From NCBI GenBank assembly GCA_965219085.1, contig OZ244720.1, positions 1,664,001 to 1,728,000 of the forward strand: 64,000 bases of DNA, in the 5' to 3' direction. Under the pieces are notes generated by a model. That model searched no databases. It had not been told where the DNA came from and saw only the letters and a program-made list of their open reading frames with translations. Each line of letters starts with the position of its first letter. The first letter of the stretch is position 1. This DNA comes from Dehalococcoidia bacterium. Its GTDB lineage: Bacteria; Chloroflexota; Dehalococcoidia; UBA2979. Both the position numbers and the translations under genes were made by a program. Shown piece after piece: positions 7,696 to 17,386 of this stretch.

Positions 7696-9063
7696 CTAGG
7701 GGCCTGCCTCGACCGCGACGGGGACCGGCACCGCGCCGCGCCGCAGCGCGAGCGCTTCGAGCATCCGCCCGCGCTCCTCGGCCTCCACCTCGGGCGCGAA
7801 GCGCACGACGAGCACCAGGCCGGAGACCAGCACCACGAATCCGCCGAGGAACATGAACGCGTCCTGCGTGGAGATGCTCTCCGCGCGGAACAGGAAGCCC
7901 GCCGCCACGGCCCCGGCGTTCCCGCCCGCACCGACGATCCCGGCCACCGAGCCGAGCGCGTTGCGGTTCACGAACGGCACGACCGAGAACGTCGCGCCCT
8001 CGGACATCTGCACGAAGATGCTGAACACGATCATCGCGGGAATCGCGAGCAGCAGAACGTCCATCCGCGAGAACACGAGCAGCGCGATGCCTTCGAGGAA
8101 CAGCACGACGCCGAGGAACAGCACCCGCCCGCGCAGCCCGAAGCGCACGCCGGCGAAGTCGCCGCAGACGCCGCCGAGCGTCCGCGCGAAGAGGTTCATC
8201 AGCCCGAACAGGCCGGCGATGAGCCCGGCCATGCCGATGCTCAACTCGAAGTGGTCGTGGTAGTAGAGCGCGGCGACGTTGTTGATGGTGAGCTCGATGC
8301 CGAAGCACGCGCCGTAGATGACAAACAGCGCCCACACGCGGCCGTCGCGCGCGGCCTCCATGAACGACCCCTTCGTCGCCTCGACGGGGGCAAGCTCGCC
8401 CCGCGCGCGCAGCTCGTCGAAGTTGCCGTCGGGCGCGTCCTTCGTGAAGCGGGCGTAGGCGATGCCGGTGATGAACAGCGCCACGCCCGGCACGATCATC
8501 GCCACGCGCCAGCCGACGGCCTCGCCGACGCCGAACATCAGGATCCCGGCGAGCAGCAGCGGCATCACCATCTGCGTCACGCCGCCGCCGAGGTTGCCCC
8601 AGCCGGCCGTCGTCGCGTTCGCGGTGCCGACGACGTTCGGGGCGAACATCACCGAGGTGTGGTACTGCGTGATGACGAACGACGCGCCAATCACGCCGAT
8701 CGCGAGCCGGAACAGCAGGAACGACTCGTAGTTCTGCGCCAGGCCGATCCCCATCACGGGCAGCGACCCGAAGATCAGCAGCCAGGTGTAGGCGCGGCGC
8801 GGACCGATGCGGTCGCTCAGCCAGCCGATGACGAGGCGGGCGACGATCGTGATCGCGACCGAAGCGATCACGGTGTTGCCGATCTGCGTCTTCGTGAGGC
8901 CCAGGTCGTCACGGACGATCACCATCAACGGCGCGATCCCGAACCACCCGAAGAACGCGAGGAAGAATGCGAACCACGACATGTGGAACGCACGCATCTG
9001 CACGGTCTGTAGTGAGAAGAGGGAGATGCCGGTTGCCTTGTTCCGGATCTGTGCCGAGTTCAC
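7696..9063 (-). CDS. narK: Nitrate/nitrite MFS transporter, NarK/NRT2 family
   Basis: AFHMSWFAFFLAFFGWF, nitrate signature AGWGNLGGG, GIVGAGGNAG. Confidence 0.9.
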   Translation of the reverse strand: MNSAQIRNKATGISLFSLQTVQMRAFHMSWFAFFLAFFGWFGIAPLMVIVRDDLGLTKTQIGNTVIASVAITIVARLVIGWLSDRIGPRRAYTWLLIFGSLPVMGIGLAQNYESFLLFRLAIGVIGASFVITQYHTSVMFAPNVVGTANATTAGWGNLGGGVTQMVMPLLLAGILMFGVGEAVGWRVAMIVPGVALFITGIAYARFTKDAPDGNFDELRARGELAPVEATKGSFMEAARDGRVWALFVIYGACFGIELTINNVAALYYHDHFELSIGMAGLIAGLFGLMNLFARTLGGVCGDFAGVRFGLRGRVLFLGVVLFLEGIALLVFSRMDVLLLAIPAMIVFSIFVQMSEGATFSVVPFVNRNALGSVAGIVGAGGNAGAVAAGFLFRAESISTQDAFMFLGGFVVLVSGLVLVVRFAPEVEAEERGRMLEALALRRGAVPVPVAVEAGP

Positions 9064-9099
9064 GCCGCGCTCCTTCCTCGCCTGCTGCGGTCGATTAGC

Positions 9100-9208
9100 A
9101 GGCTAGGGACGGCGCGTTACCGCGCCGTGCCATCCGCGTGAACTCCGGGAGACGGATCGGTTGCCGCGGCGTGACGAGGGGTTGTCGGTGGCGTGAACGC
9201 GGTGTTTC
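9100..9208 (-). promoter_or_regulatory. narK promoter with nine 11-bp-spaced GlnR/OmpR-like half-sites
   Basis: Pentamers at 9116, 9127, 9138, 9149, 9160, 9171, 9182, 9193, 9204; -10 TAGCCT at 9100-9105. Confidence 0.6.
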
Positions 9209-9210
9209 GC

Positions 9211-9342
9211 GCGCTCAGGCGCTGGGTGCCTCGACCGCGCTGACGCGCTGGGCCGCCTCGATCGCGCTCAGGCGCTGGGCCGCCTCGATCGCGCTCAGGC
9301 GCTGGGCCGCCTCGACCGCGCTGACGCGCTGGGCCGCCTCGA
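9211..9342 (-). repeat. 27-bp tandem repeat (about 5 units) at the nasA 3' end
   Basis: Unit GCGCTGGGCCGCCTCGATCGCGCTCAG encodes (R[LV]SA[IV]EAAQ)n. Confidence 0.85.
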
Positions 9343-11482
9343 CGCGGACGGCAGCGAACTTCAGCTCGGGCTGCTTCGAGCGCGCGTCGATCGCCTCGCT
9401 GGTGGCGTTGTTGGTGACCGCGTGGCGGCTAAAGAGTTCGCCCCAGTGGAACGGCGCGAAGACCGCTCCGCTGCGGATCGTGTCGGTCACGCGCGCCCGC
9501 ACTTCGAGGCTGCCGCGCCGCGACGTGACGCGCACGAGCTGCTTGTCGCTCACGCCGAGGTCGTCGGCGTCGTCGGGGTGCATCTCCAGGAAGGGCTCGT
9601 ACTCGCTGCGCATCAGCTTTGGCACCTTGCCCGTGCGGGTCATCGTGTGCCACTGGTCCTTGACGCGGCCCGTGAGCAGCGCGAGGGGGTACTCGTCGCT
9701 GAGTAGCTCCGCGGGCGTGCGGAACCCCGTCGGGTGGAAGCGCGCGCGTCCGTCGGGCGTGGGGAAGCGGCCCGCGCCGAACAGCCGCGGCGACCGCGCG
9801 ACCTCGCCGGTGGCGTTGGCGAGCACCGCGCCCTCGGGGTGCGGCCACTGGATGCCCGTGCCGGCCTCGCGCAGCAGGTCGTAGCTGACACCGGTGATGT
9901 CGAGGTCGCGGCCGCGGGTCAGCTCGCGGTACTCGTCGAAGATCGCCTCGGTATCCTCGTAGTCGAACGCGTCGCCGTATCCGAGCGCGTCGGCGATGCG
10001 GCAGATGATCCGCCAGTCCGGCAGCGCGAGGCCCGGCGCCTCCCCGATCTGTTCGAGGAGGCAGATGCGCCGCTCGCTGTTGGTCATCGTGCCCGGGCGC
10101 TCCGACCACTGCGCCGCGGGCAGGAGCACGTCGGCGATGCGTCCCGTCTCGGTCGGGTAGTACGCGTCCTGCACGACGACGAGCTCGGCGCGGCGCAGCG
10201 CCGCGCGCACGCGCTCGGCGTTGGGGAGCGAGGCGACCGGGTTCGTCGCGGCGATCCATACCACCTTCACCTCGTCGCGTTCGAGCGCCTCGACCATCTC
10301 GATCGCGGTCAGGCCGGGGCGGTCGGAGATCGAGCCCGGCTCGATGCCCCACGCGCGCTCGACCTCGGCGCGGTGGCCGGCGTCGGCGACGAGGCGGTGG
10401 CCGGGCAGCGTCGTGGCGAGTCCGCCGCATTCGCGCCCGCCCATCGCGTTGGGCTGGCCGGTGAGCGAGAACGGCCCCGCGCCGGGCTTGCCGATGTTTC
10501 CCGTGGCGAGCGAGAGGTTGATCAGCGCGAGGTTCTTGTCGACGCCCGACGTGCTCTGGTTCGCGCCCATCGTCCATAGGCTCAGCATCGGCCCGTTGTT
10601 GGCGATGATGCGCGCCGCGTCGACGATCTCCTGCGCGTCGAGGCCGGTGACCGACGACGCGCGCTCGGCGGACCAGCCCTCGAGCGCGGCTTCGGCCTCC
10701 GCCCAGCCGCTCGTGCGATCCTCGATGAACGCGGCGTCGAGGCCGCCCGCGAGGCGCACCTCGAAGAGCAGCGAGAGCAGTAGCGCCACGTCGGCGCCGG
10801 GCAGCACCGGCAGGTGGAGGTCGGCGATCTCGGCGGTGCGAGTCCGCCGCGGGTCGACGACGATCACCTGCACGCCGTCGCGGTCCGCGCGCTTCCGCGC
10901 CTTGATGCGGTCGAAGAGGATCGGGTGGCAGGCCTCCATGTTCGCGCCGAGGATGAGGAACGTGTTCGCCTCCTCGATGTCGGCATAGGACGCGGGCGGC
11001 GAGTCGGCGCCGAACGCGAGGTTGTACGCGGCGACGGCGCTTGCCATGCACAGCCGCGAGTTGGTGTCCTGGTTGTTGGTGCCGATGAACCCCTTCGCCA
11101 GCTTGCCGAAGAGGTAGTAGTCCTCGGTCATGAGCTGGCCGGAGCCGTAGAGCATGACCGAGTCCGGCCCGTGCTCCTCGACGTTGCGGCGGATCGTGTC
11201 GGCGACGCGGTCGATGGCCTCGTCCCAGCCGGTGACGCGGGTGTGCCCGCCCTTGCGGTCGCGCACCATCGGGGTGAGCAGGCGGTCGCCGGTGTCGAAG
11301 ACCTGGCCGAGCAGGGCGCCCTTGGCGCAGAGCTTGCCCTTGTTGACCGGGTGGTCGGGGTCGCCGCGGACCTCGCGCACGACGCCGTCCTTCGCACGCG
11401 CGAGCAGGCCGCAGCCGGTGCCGCAGTAGCAGCAGACCGAGCGACGCCAGCCGTCACCGGTCAGGAGCGGCATCCGCGGCAT
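9215..11482 (-). CDS. nasA: Assimilatory nitrate reductase catalytic subunit (NasA/NarB, Mo-bisPGD)
   Basis: CCYCGTGC...LCAKG 4Fe-4S motif, DTNSRLCMAS, LTGQPNAMGGRE, WHTMTRTG, KQPELK. Confidence 0.92.
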   Translation of the reverse strand: MPRMPLLTGDGWRRSVCCYCGTGCGLLARAKDGVVREVRGDPDHPVNKGKLCAKGALLGQVFDTGDRLLTPMVRDRKGGHTRVTGWDEAIDRVADTIRRNVEEHGPDSVMLYGSGQLMTEDYYLFGKLAKGFIGTNNQDTNSRLCMASAVAAYNLAFGADSPPASYADIEEANTFLILGANMEACHPILFDRIKARKRADRDGVQVIVVDPRRTRTAEIADLHLPVLPGADVALLLSLLFEVRLAGGLDAAFIEDRTSGWAEAEAALEGWSAERASSVTGLDAQEIVDAARIIANNGPMLSLWTMGANQSTSGVDKNLALINLSLATGNIGKPGAGPFSLTGQPNAMGGRECGGLATTLPGHRLVADAGHRAEVERAWGIEPGSISDRPGLTAIEMVEALERDEVKVVWIAATNPVASLPNAERVRAALRRAELVVVQDAYYPTETGRIADVLLPAAQWSERPGTMTNSERRICLLEQIGEAPGLALPDWRIICRIADALGYGDAFDYEDTEAIFDEYRELTRGRDLDITGVSYDLLREAGTGIQWPHPEGAVLANATGEVARSPRLFGAGRFPTPDGRARFHPTGFRTPAELLSDEYPLALLTGRVKDQWHTMTRTGKVPKLMRSEYEPFLEMHPDDADDLGVSDKQLVRVTSRRGSLEVRARVTDTIRSGAVFAPFHWGELFSRHAVTNNATSEAIDARSKQPELKFAAVRVEAAQRVSAVEAAQRLSAIEAAQRLSAIEAAQRVSAVEAPSA

Positions 11483-11502
11483 CGCGCGCTACCTGCTACC
11501 CG

Positions 11503-13035
11503 CTACCCGATGGCGACGAGGGACCGCGCGCGCTCACGTAGCGCGTCGGCGCCTCGCAGCGACCGCAGCTGTGCGGCGACGGCTTCGGGCAGGTCCGGCG
11601 TCAGCACGCCCTCGGCGGTGCGCTCACCGAGCCGCGCGTCGTCGCCGAGGCAGCCGCCGGCGAACACATCGGCTGCGTCGAGGATCTCGCCGTCGACGCG
11701 CTTGCGGTCGCCGAGCAGGCCGATCTCGGCGGCGCGGTGCTGGCCGCAGGCGTGCGGGCAGCCCGACATCTGGATGCGCACCGGCTCGTCGATCTCGTAG
11801 CGCTCCTCGAGCGCGCTCGCGAGCCTGAGCGCCTCCTCCTTCGTGTCGATGAGGCTGAAGTGGCAGTAGTCGTTGCCCGTGCAGGTCACGACCGAGCGCA
11901 CCCAAGGCGAGGGCTTCGGGCTGTACGTCTCCAGCAGCGGCTCCGCGAGCAGCGCGCCGAGGCGCTCGTCGGGTACGTTCGGGATGAGCACGTTCTGTTG
12001 CACGGTGAGTCGCAGCTCGGCGGTGCCGTACTCGGCCGCGAGCCGTCCGAACTCGATCAGGTCGTCGCCGCTCACGCGCCCCACGGGCACGAGGCAGCCG
12101 ACGACGCTGCGGCCGGGCTGCGCCTGCGGCGAGATGCCGATGTGGTCGCCGCCGTGCTTGCTGGTCGCGGACCGCGCCGCGCGCTCCAGGGGCACGCCCA
12201 CGCGCTCCTCGACGGCCGCGCGGAAGCGCTCGATGCCCCACGCGCCGAGCAGCACCTTGAGCCGCGCCCGCTTGCGCTGCTCGCGGGGTCCATGGTCGCG
12301 GAACGTCTCGAGGATGGCGAGCGCGACCGGGACGACGCCCTCCGGCTCGACGAAGACGTCGAGGGGCCGCGCCAGCTCGGGCTGCTGCCCGCCGAGGGCG
12401 CCGCCGACGAGCACGTTGAAGCCGGCGATCTCCCGGCCGGCCTCGAAGCGCGTCGCGGGCGCGAACGAGAGGTCGTGCGTCTGCGCGTGCGCGCAGTCCT
12501 CGCGGCAGCCGGTGATCGAGAGGTTGAACTTGCGTGGCAGGTTGCTGAAGCGCTTGCCGCCGACGATCGCCTGCTGCAGGCGCTCGGCGAGCGTGCGCGC
12601 ATCGATCAGCTCATCGGCGTCGAGGCCCGCGAGCGGGCAGCCGACGACGTTGCGCACGTTGTCCATGCCGCTCTGCTGCGAGTTGAGCCCGGCGGCGGCG
12701 AGCCGCTGCAACACCCACGGGGCGTCCTCGATGGTGATCCAGCGCAGCTGGATGTTCTGGCGCGTCGTGATGTCCGCAGTGCCCCGTCCGCAGCGGTTCG
12801 CGATCTCGCCGATCGCGGTGATCTGCTCCGAGGTGAGCACGCCGTTGGGGATGCGCATCCGCAGCATGAAGTAGCCCGGCGTCGCCTTGCGGTGGAACAG
12901 GCCGTACCACTTCAGGCGCTCGAAGTCGTCGGCCGGGATGGCGTCGACGCCCTCGACGGCGTAGCGGTAGAGGTCCGGGAGGACGTCGAGGCCGTCCTTC
13001 GCGCTCTTGAGTGCCTCGATGCGGTTGGGCGCCAT
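11503..13035 (-). CDS. nirA: Ferredoxin-nitrite reductase
   Basis: RLKWYGLF, ITTRQNIQ, NLPRKFN, CTGNDYC...SGCPHACG siroheme/Fe-S ligands; ATG at 13035 with GGAGGAG RBS. Confidence 0.9.
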   Translation of the reverse strand: MAPNRIEALKSAKDGLDVLPDLYRYAVEGVDAIPADDFERLKWYGLFHRKATPGYFMLRMRIPNGVLTSEQITAIGEIANRCGRGTADITTRQNIQLRWITIEDAPWVLQRLAAAGLNSQQSGMDNVRNVVGCPLAGLDADELIDARTLAERLQQAIVGGKRFSNLPRKFNLSITGCREDCAHAQTHDLSFAPATRFEAGREIAGFNVLVGGALGGQQPELARPLDVFVEPEGVVPVALAILETFRDHGPREQRKRARLKVLLGAWGIERFRAAVEERVGVPLERAARSATSKHGGDHIGISPQAQPGRSVVGCLVPVGRVSGDDLIEFGRLAAEYGTAELRLTVQQNVLIPNVPDERLGALLAEPLLETYSPKPSPWVRSVVTCTGNDYCHFSLIDTKEEALRLASALEERYEIDEPVRIQMSGCPHACGQHRAAEIGLLGDRKRVDGEILDAADVFAGGCLGDDARLGERTAEGVLTPDLPEAVAAQLRSLRGADALRERARSLVAIG

Positions 13036-13055
13036 GGGCGTTCTCCTCCGCCCAG

Positions 13056-13120
13056 ACGATGGCGATCGCGCGTTACGGCGTGGCGACGCCCGCGTGAACG
13101 GCGCGTGAACGTTCGTTTTC
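13056..13120 (-). promoter_or_regulatory. nirA promoter with 11-bp-spaced GlnR-like half-sites
   Basis: GTTAC 13072, GCGAC 13083, GTGAA 13094, GTGAA 13105, TTTTC 13116; shares GCGCGTTAC...CCGCGTGAAC with the narK promoter. Confidence 0.6.
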
Positions 13121-13265
13121 GTGCGCATTGCGGCGAGGACGCTCGGAGATTGGCCCCGAGGAGGCGGCGGCACGGGGGGACGCTTTGCGACACAATGGAT
13201 CGAGGGGTGGGGGCGCGGGCCGGGCGGATCATCCGCCCTCGGTCTGGACGCAGGAGGGATCCGCC

Positions 13266-14051
13266 ATGACCATGCGCAGCCACGTGATCGACTACCGCAT
13301 CCACGGCGACGACTTGCAGTTCGTCGAGGTCGAGCTCGACCCCGGCGAGACCGTCATCGGTGAGGCCGGCGCGATGATGTTCCTCGAGTCCGACATCGGC
13401 TTCGAGACGAAGCTGGGCGACGGGAGCAACCCGGACCAGGGGCTCTTCGGCCGCCTCAAGGACGCGGGCAAGCGCGCCCTCGCACAGGAATCGATCTTCA
13501 TCACGCACTTCACCAACGAAGGCCGCGGCAAGCAGATCGTCGCGTTCTCGGCCGAGTTCCCCGGCAAGATCGTCCCGATGGACCTTGCGAGCCTCGGCGG
13601 CGAGATCATCGCCCAGAAGGACGCGTTCCTGTGCGCCGCCCTCGGCACGAAGATCGACATCGCCTTCCGCCGCAACCTCGGCACCGGCCTGTTCGGTGGC
13701 GAGGGCTTCATCCTCCAGAAACTGCAGGGCGACGGCATGGCGTTCCTGTCCGTCGGCGGCACGGTGATCGAGAAGGAGCTGCGCAACGACAAGCTGCTCG
13801 TCGACACGGGCTGCCTCGTGGCGATGGAGCCGACCGTCGAGTACTCGATCGAGCGCGCAGGCAACCTCAAGTCGATGATCTTCGGCGGCGAGGGGCTGTT
13901 CCTCGCGAGCCTGTCGGGCTACGGCAAGGTGTGGCTGCAGTCGCTGCCATTCTCGCGGCTCGCGAACCGCATCATCGCGAACGCGCCCAGCGCCGGTGGC
14001 AGCTCACGCGGCGAGGGCTCCCTGCTCGGCGGACTCGGCCCCGTCCGCTAG
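13266..14051 (+). CDS. TIGR00266/AIM24 family protein
   Basis: [53 protein letters not shown]. Confidence 0.88.
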   Translation: MTMRSHVIDYRIHGDDLQFVEVELDPGETVIGEAGAMMFLESDIGFETKLGDGSNPDQGLFGRLKDAGKRALAQESIFITHFTNEGRGKQIVAFSAEFPGKIVPMDLASLGGEIIAQKDAFLCAALGTKIDIAFRRNLGTGLFGGEGFILQKLQGDGMAFLSVGGTVIEKELRNDKLLVDTGCLVAMEPTVEYSIERAGNLKSMIFGGEGLFLASLSGYGKVWLQSLPFSRLANRIIANAPSAGGSSRGEGSLLGGLGPVR

Positions 14052-15013
14052 ATGTAGTGTCCCGGGACGTTGTTTACAGGCGTGAGGCGGGGACAGCCCC
14101 GCCGATACCGCCGTGCGGTCGGCGAGCATTGTAGCGATAGAGCCAGCGCGAGGAGCACGTGGAGGCGTTCGGCGTTGGAGCGGTATGGCCGGGCGTACGC
14201 CCATTCGTTCTGCAGGATCTGGATGAAGCGCTCGGCCTTGCCGTTCGTCTGCGGCCGGTAGGGTCGGGTGTGCAGCAGCTCCACGCCCGCGGCGGCGGCC
14301 GTGCTGCGGAAGCTGCGCGCGACGGTGTAGGCCTTGGCGTTGTCGGTCAGCACGCGCCTGACGCGCACGCCGCGCCGGCTGAACGCCGCGAGCGCCTGCT
14401 CGAGGAAGGCACTACAGCTCGCGGCCCGCTCGTCGGGCAGGGCGGCGACGTACGCGTAGCGGCTGTGGTCGTCCACGGCGACGTGTAGGTACTCAAGGCC
14501 CAGCGACCGTCCCCGCTGCGGCCCGGAGCGCGTCTCGGCGAAGCCGGGTGCGATGCGCTTACCGCCACCCTCGGGGATGCGCCCCAGCTTCTTCACGTCG
14601 ATGTGCAGCAGGTCGCCGGGGGCTGGGTGCTCGTAGCGGACCGTCTCGCGGGTGACACGATGCAACCGGTCGAGGCGGTTGAGGCCAAAGCGCCTGAGCA
14701 CGGCGTAGACCGTGGAACGGGCGAGCCCGAGCGCCCAGGCGATGCGATGCGGCCCGAAGCCCGCACTGCGGCGCACGGCGCAGATGCGTTGCTCCAGCTC
14801 GGGTGCGGTGCGCCGGGGGTTCGAGCGCGGCGCCGAGGTGCGGTCCTCGAGCCCGTCCGCTCCTGCCTCGCGGAAGCGCCGCACCCACTTCGCGACCGTT
14901 GGGCGCGAGACCGGGAAGCGACGGGCGACCTCGGCCTGCGGCCAGCCGTCCTCCACCTCCCGGACCAACTCCAACCGGGTGACCGGCGTCAGACGCGCGT
15001 TACGATGTGCCAC
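14048..15013 (-). CDS. IS481 transposase with apparent +1 frameshift near the C-terminus
   Basis: DDE motifs present; expected tail [17 protein letters not shown] lies in another frame after about 14152. Confidence 0.82.
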   Translation of the reverse strand: MAHRNARLTPVTRLELVREVEDGWPQAEVARRFPVSRPTVAKWVRRFREAGADGLEDRTSAPRSNPRRTAPELEQRICAVRRSAGFGPHRIAWALGLARSTVYAVLRRFGLNRLDRLHRVTRETVRYEHPAPGDLLHIDVKKLGRIPEGGGKRIAPGFAETRSGPQRGRSLGLEYLHVAVDDHSRYAYVAALPDERAASCSAFLEQALAAFSRRGVRVRRVLTDNAKAYTVARSFRSTAAAAGVELLHTRPYRPQTNGKAERFIQILQNEWAYARPYRSNAERLHVLLALALSLQCSPTARRYRRGCPRLTPVNNVPGHYI

Positions 15014-15101
15014 GAGAGGCTCCTCCCCTGCTACTGGTGCTTGCAACACACACAGCAGCAGGCGGAGCCCCTCACCTGCAACAACCTACGTGGGAACTAC
15101 A
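14053..15101 (-). mobile_element. IS481-family element (copy B, divergent from copy A)
   Basis: TGT...ACA ends; end TGTAGTGTCCCGGGACGTTGTT identical to copy A; flanks GCTAGA and GCTAGC. Confidence 0.88.
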
Positions 15102-15102
15102 G

Positions 15103-15774
15103 CTAGCCGGCGCGCAACGCCCCGGCGTCGAGCCCCGCGAACGCGGCGATCGAGGGGAGCCGCACGTCCGGTGGCGGGTCGATGGACTCGCCCGCGCGGG
15201 CGTAGCGCCCCTGCTCGACGAGCACCGTCGTCACGCGCTCGCCCAGCGCCGTCTTGATCGCGGCGTGGATCGCGGGCTTGTCGTCGACGACGACGTAGTG
15301 GTCGGCGGGGAAGCGCGCGCGGATCTCGTCGAGCTCGCGCTCCTTGTGCGCGTAGACGAGCACGCGGCCCTCGACGGCGGCCTCGATGCCCGCGGTGCGC
15401 GCCTTGTGGCGCTGGAAGCCCGGATGGCCGTCGGTCACCACCACCGGCAGCCCGATGGTGCTCGCGTGCCTGAGGGCGTCGAGCGCGCCGGGGTAGAGCA
15501 GCCAGGCGTAGTCGACGCCGTAGACCGCCTCCGCGAGCGGCGCGAGCAGCGATGCGTCGTCGCGCTCGCGTCCGAGCCGCAGCATCGCCTCGCGTATGTC
15601 GACGAAGCCGAGCGCGGCACGCACCTCCTCGTAGCACGCCCAGAAGCGCGCCGCCGTCGCCTCGCCGAGCGAGGCACGGATGCTGCCGTCGATGGCCGCA
15701 CTCGCGCCGCCGGCGTCGAGCAGCGTGTTGTCGAGGTCGAACAGCAGGACCGTGGAGGCCTCGGGCGTCGTCAC
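15103..15774 (-). CDS. HAD-superfamily hydrolase
   Basis: LFDLDNTLLD motif I, VTDG, VVDDK. Confidence 0.85.
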   Translation of the reverse strand: MTTPEASTVLLFDLDNTLLDAGGASAAIDGSIRASLGEATAARFWACYEEVRAALGFVDIREAMLRLGRERDDASLLAPLAEAVYGVDYAWLLYPGALDALRHASTIGLPVVVTDGHPGFQRHKARTAGIEAAVEGRVLVYAHKERELDEIRARFPADHYVVVDDKPAIHAAIKTALGERVTTVLVEQGRYARAGESIDPPPDVRLPSIAAFAGLDAGALRAG

Positions 15775-15787
15775 GGTCCCGGCCGAC

Positions 15788-17023
15788 CTACGCGGCGATG
15801 CGGTCGACGGCGGTCTCGCCGCCCTGCATGACGAGGCTGATGCGCTCGCGCTGCTGCAGCAGCGTGACGTCGGCGAGCGGGTCGCCGTCGACGACGATGA
15901 GGTCGGCGAGCTTCCCCGGCTCGAGGGTGCCGACGTCGGCGTCCACGTGGACGCACTCCGACGCGGTCTTTGTGGTCGCGACGATGGCCTCCATGGGCGT
16001 CATGCCGTGCTGCACCATCAGCTCGAGTTCCCAGGCGTTGGTGCCGTGCGTGCCGACGCCGCAGTCGGTGCCCATCGCGACCTTCACGCCGGCCTCGTGG
16101 GCGGCGCGGAAGCTGCGTGCGTTGGCCTCGATCACCTCGTGCGCCTTGCGCAGCGACTGCGGCAGCACGGACTCGGGCGACGCCTCGGCGTTCAGCACGA
16201 CGCTGCGAGGCGCGTGCAGCGTGGGCACGAGGAACGACCCCTGCTCCTTCATGATCGCGATCGCCTCGTCGTCCAGGTAGAAGCCGTGCTCGATCGACTC
16301 GACGCCGGCGCGCAGCGCGTTCTTGATCCCCTCGGTGGCCTGCGCGTGCGACATGCACGTCTTCCCGTGCATGCGCGCCTCGTAGACCATGACCGCGATC
16401 TCCTCCTGCGTGAACTGAGGCGAGCCCGGCTCGTCCGAGGGGGAGAGCACGCCGCCGGTGGCGTGCAGCTTGATGAAGTCCGCGCCGGCGCGGAGCACGG
16501 TCCGGACCGTCTTGCGCACCTCGTCGGGGCCGTCGCAGATGTGCTCGGGCCACTCCGGCCCGCGTTCGTCGCCGAGCCGACCGCCGGCCGGCATCGTGCC
16601 GTCGCCGTGCCCGCCGGTCTGCGAGAGCGCGACGATGGCGATGCGCATCCGCGGTGCGGCGATCAGCCCGCGCTCGGCGGCGAGCTTGAACCCGGCGGGC
16701 GTGCCGCCTGCGTCGCGCACCGTCGTGAAGCCGGCCTCGAGCGTCTCGCGCGCGTGCTGCGCCGCCTCGAACGCGCCGAGTGTGGGGGGCGTGAGCGCGC
16801 GCTCCTGCATCGTCTTGCTGGAGCCGTAGAAGTGGACGTGCGAGTCGATCATGCCCGGCATGACCGTCGCGCCGCCCACGTCGATGACGCGCGCGCCCTC
16901 GGGCAGCGCGTCGATGCGTCCCACGGCCGCGATGCGGCCATCCTCGATGACCACGCTCGCGTCGGCGACGGGGTCTGCGCCCGTGCCGTCGATGAGGGTG
17001 GCGCCGGTGACGACGGTGGTCAT
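15788..17023 (-). CDS. Metal-dependent amidohydrolase (prolidase-like)
   Basis: PGMIDSHVH, GFTTVRDAG, IKLHATGG, SIEHG, MGTDCG, GKLADLI. Confidence 0.9.
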   Translation of the reverse strand: MTTVVTGATLIDGTGADPVADASVVIEDGRIAAVGRIDALPEGARVIDVGGATVMPGMIDSHVHFYGSSKTMQERALTPPTLGAFEAAQHARETLEAGFTTVRDAGGTPAGFKLAAERGLIAAPRMRIAIVALSQTGGHGDGTMPAGGRLGDERGPEWPEHICDGPDEVRKTVRTVLRAGADFIKLHATGGVLSPSDEPGSPQFTQEEIAVMVYEARMHGKTCMSHAQATEGIKNALRAGVESIEHGFYLDDEAIAIMKEQGSFLVPTLHAPRSVVLNAEASPESVLPQSLRKAHEVIEANARSFRAAHEAGVKVAMGTDCGVGTHGTNAWELELMVQHGMTPMEAIVATTKTASECVHVDADVGTLEPGKLADLIVVDGDPLADVTLLQQRERISLVMQGGETAVDRIAA

Positions 17024-17115
17024 GTGTGGCCTCCTCGCGCGCTGCGCATGATACGAGGCCTGTGTCTGGTAGTGCCGGTCGCCGTGAGCGGGAGGTGTGA
17101 TGGCGCCACTGTTAG

Positions 17116-17386
17116 GGATGGTCTGATCAGGTGGCGTGTCGGGCGCGGTGGGTATCGATCAGCGTGCCGAGCCGCGCTGTGGGGGCCCGATACCGCAGTC
17201 CAGGGGTGGTCTCGCCTCCATGTCGCTCCGGAAGCGCTCCGGCGGGCGATTCGGGACGCACGGCTCCCGCGATCACGCGAGCTGAGGCTCGGCTCGCAAC
17301 AGGTTCGTGAAACCGAGCAGCAGCATGAGATGCTGGCGGTTCTTCTCAAGACCCCGGTAGCGCACCTTCGCGTACCCGAAGTGCCG
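17116..17386 (-). mobile_element. Truncated IS5 remnant (one IR plus transposase 3' end)
   Basis: Near-identical to 5444-5714; preceded by TTAG; second IR absent. Confidence 0.88.

Noticed and set aside
6625-15101. Composite transposon carrying the nitrate assimilation cluster between two IS481 elements
   Set aside because: The two elements are divergent, copy A has its own perfect GCTAGG duplication, and the outer flanks (GCTAGG/GCTAGC) do not match, so independent insertions are more likely.
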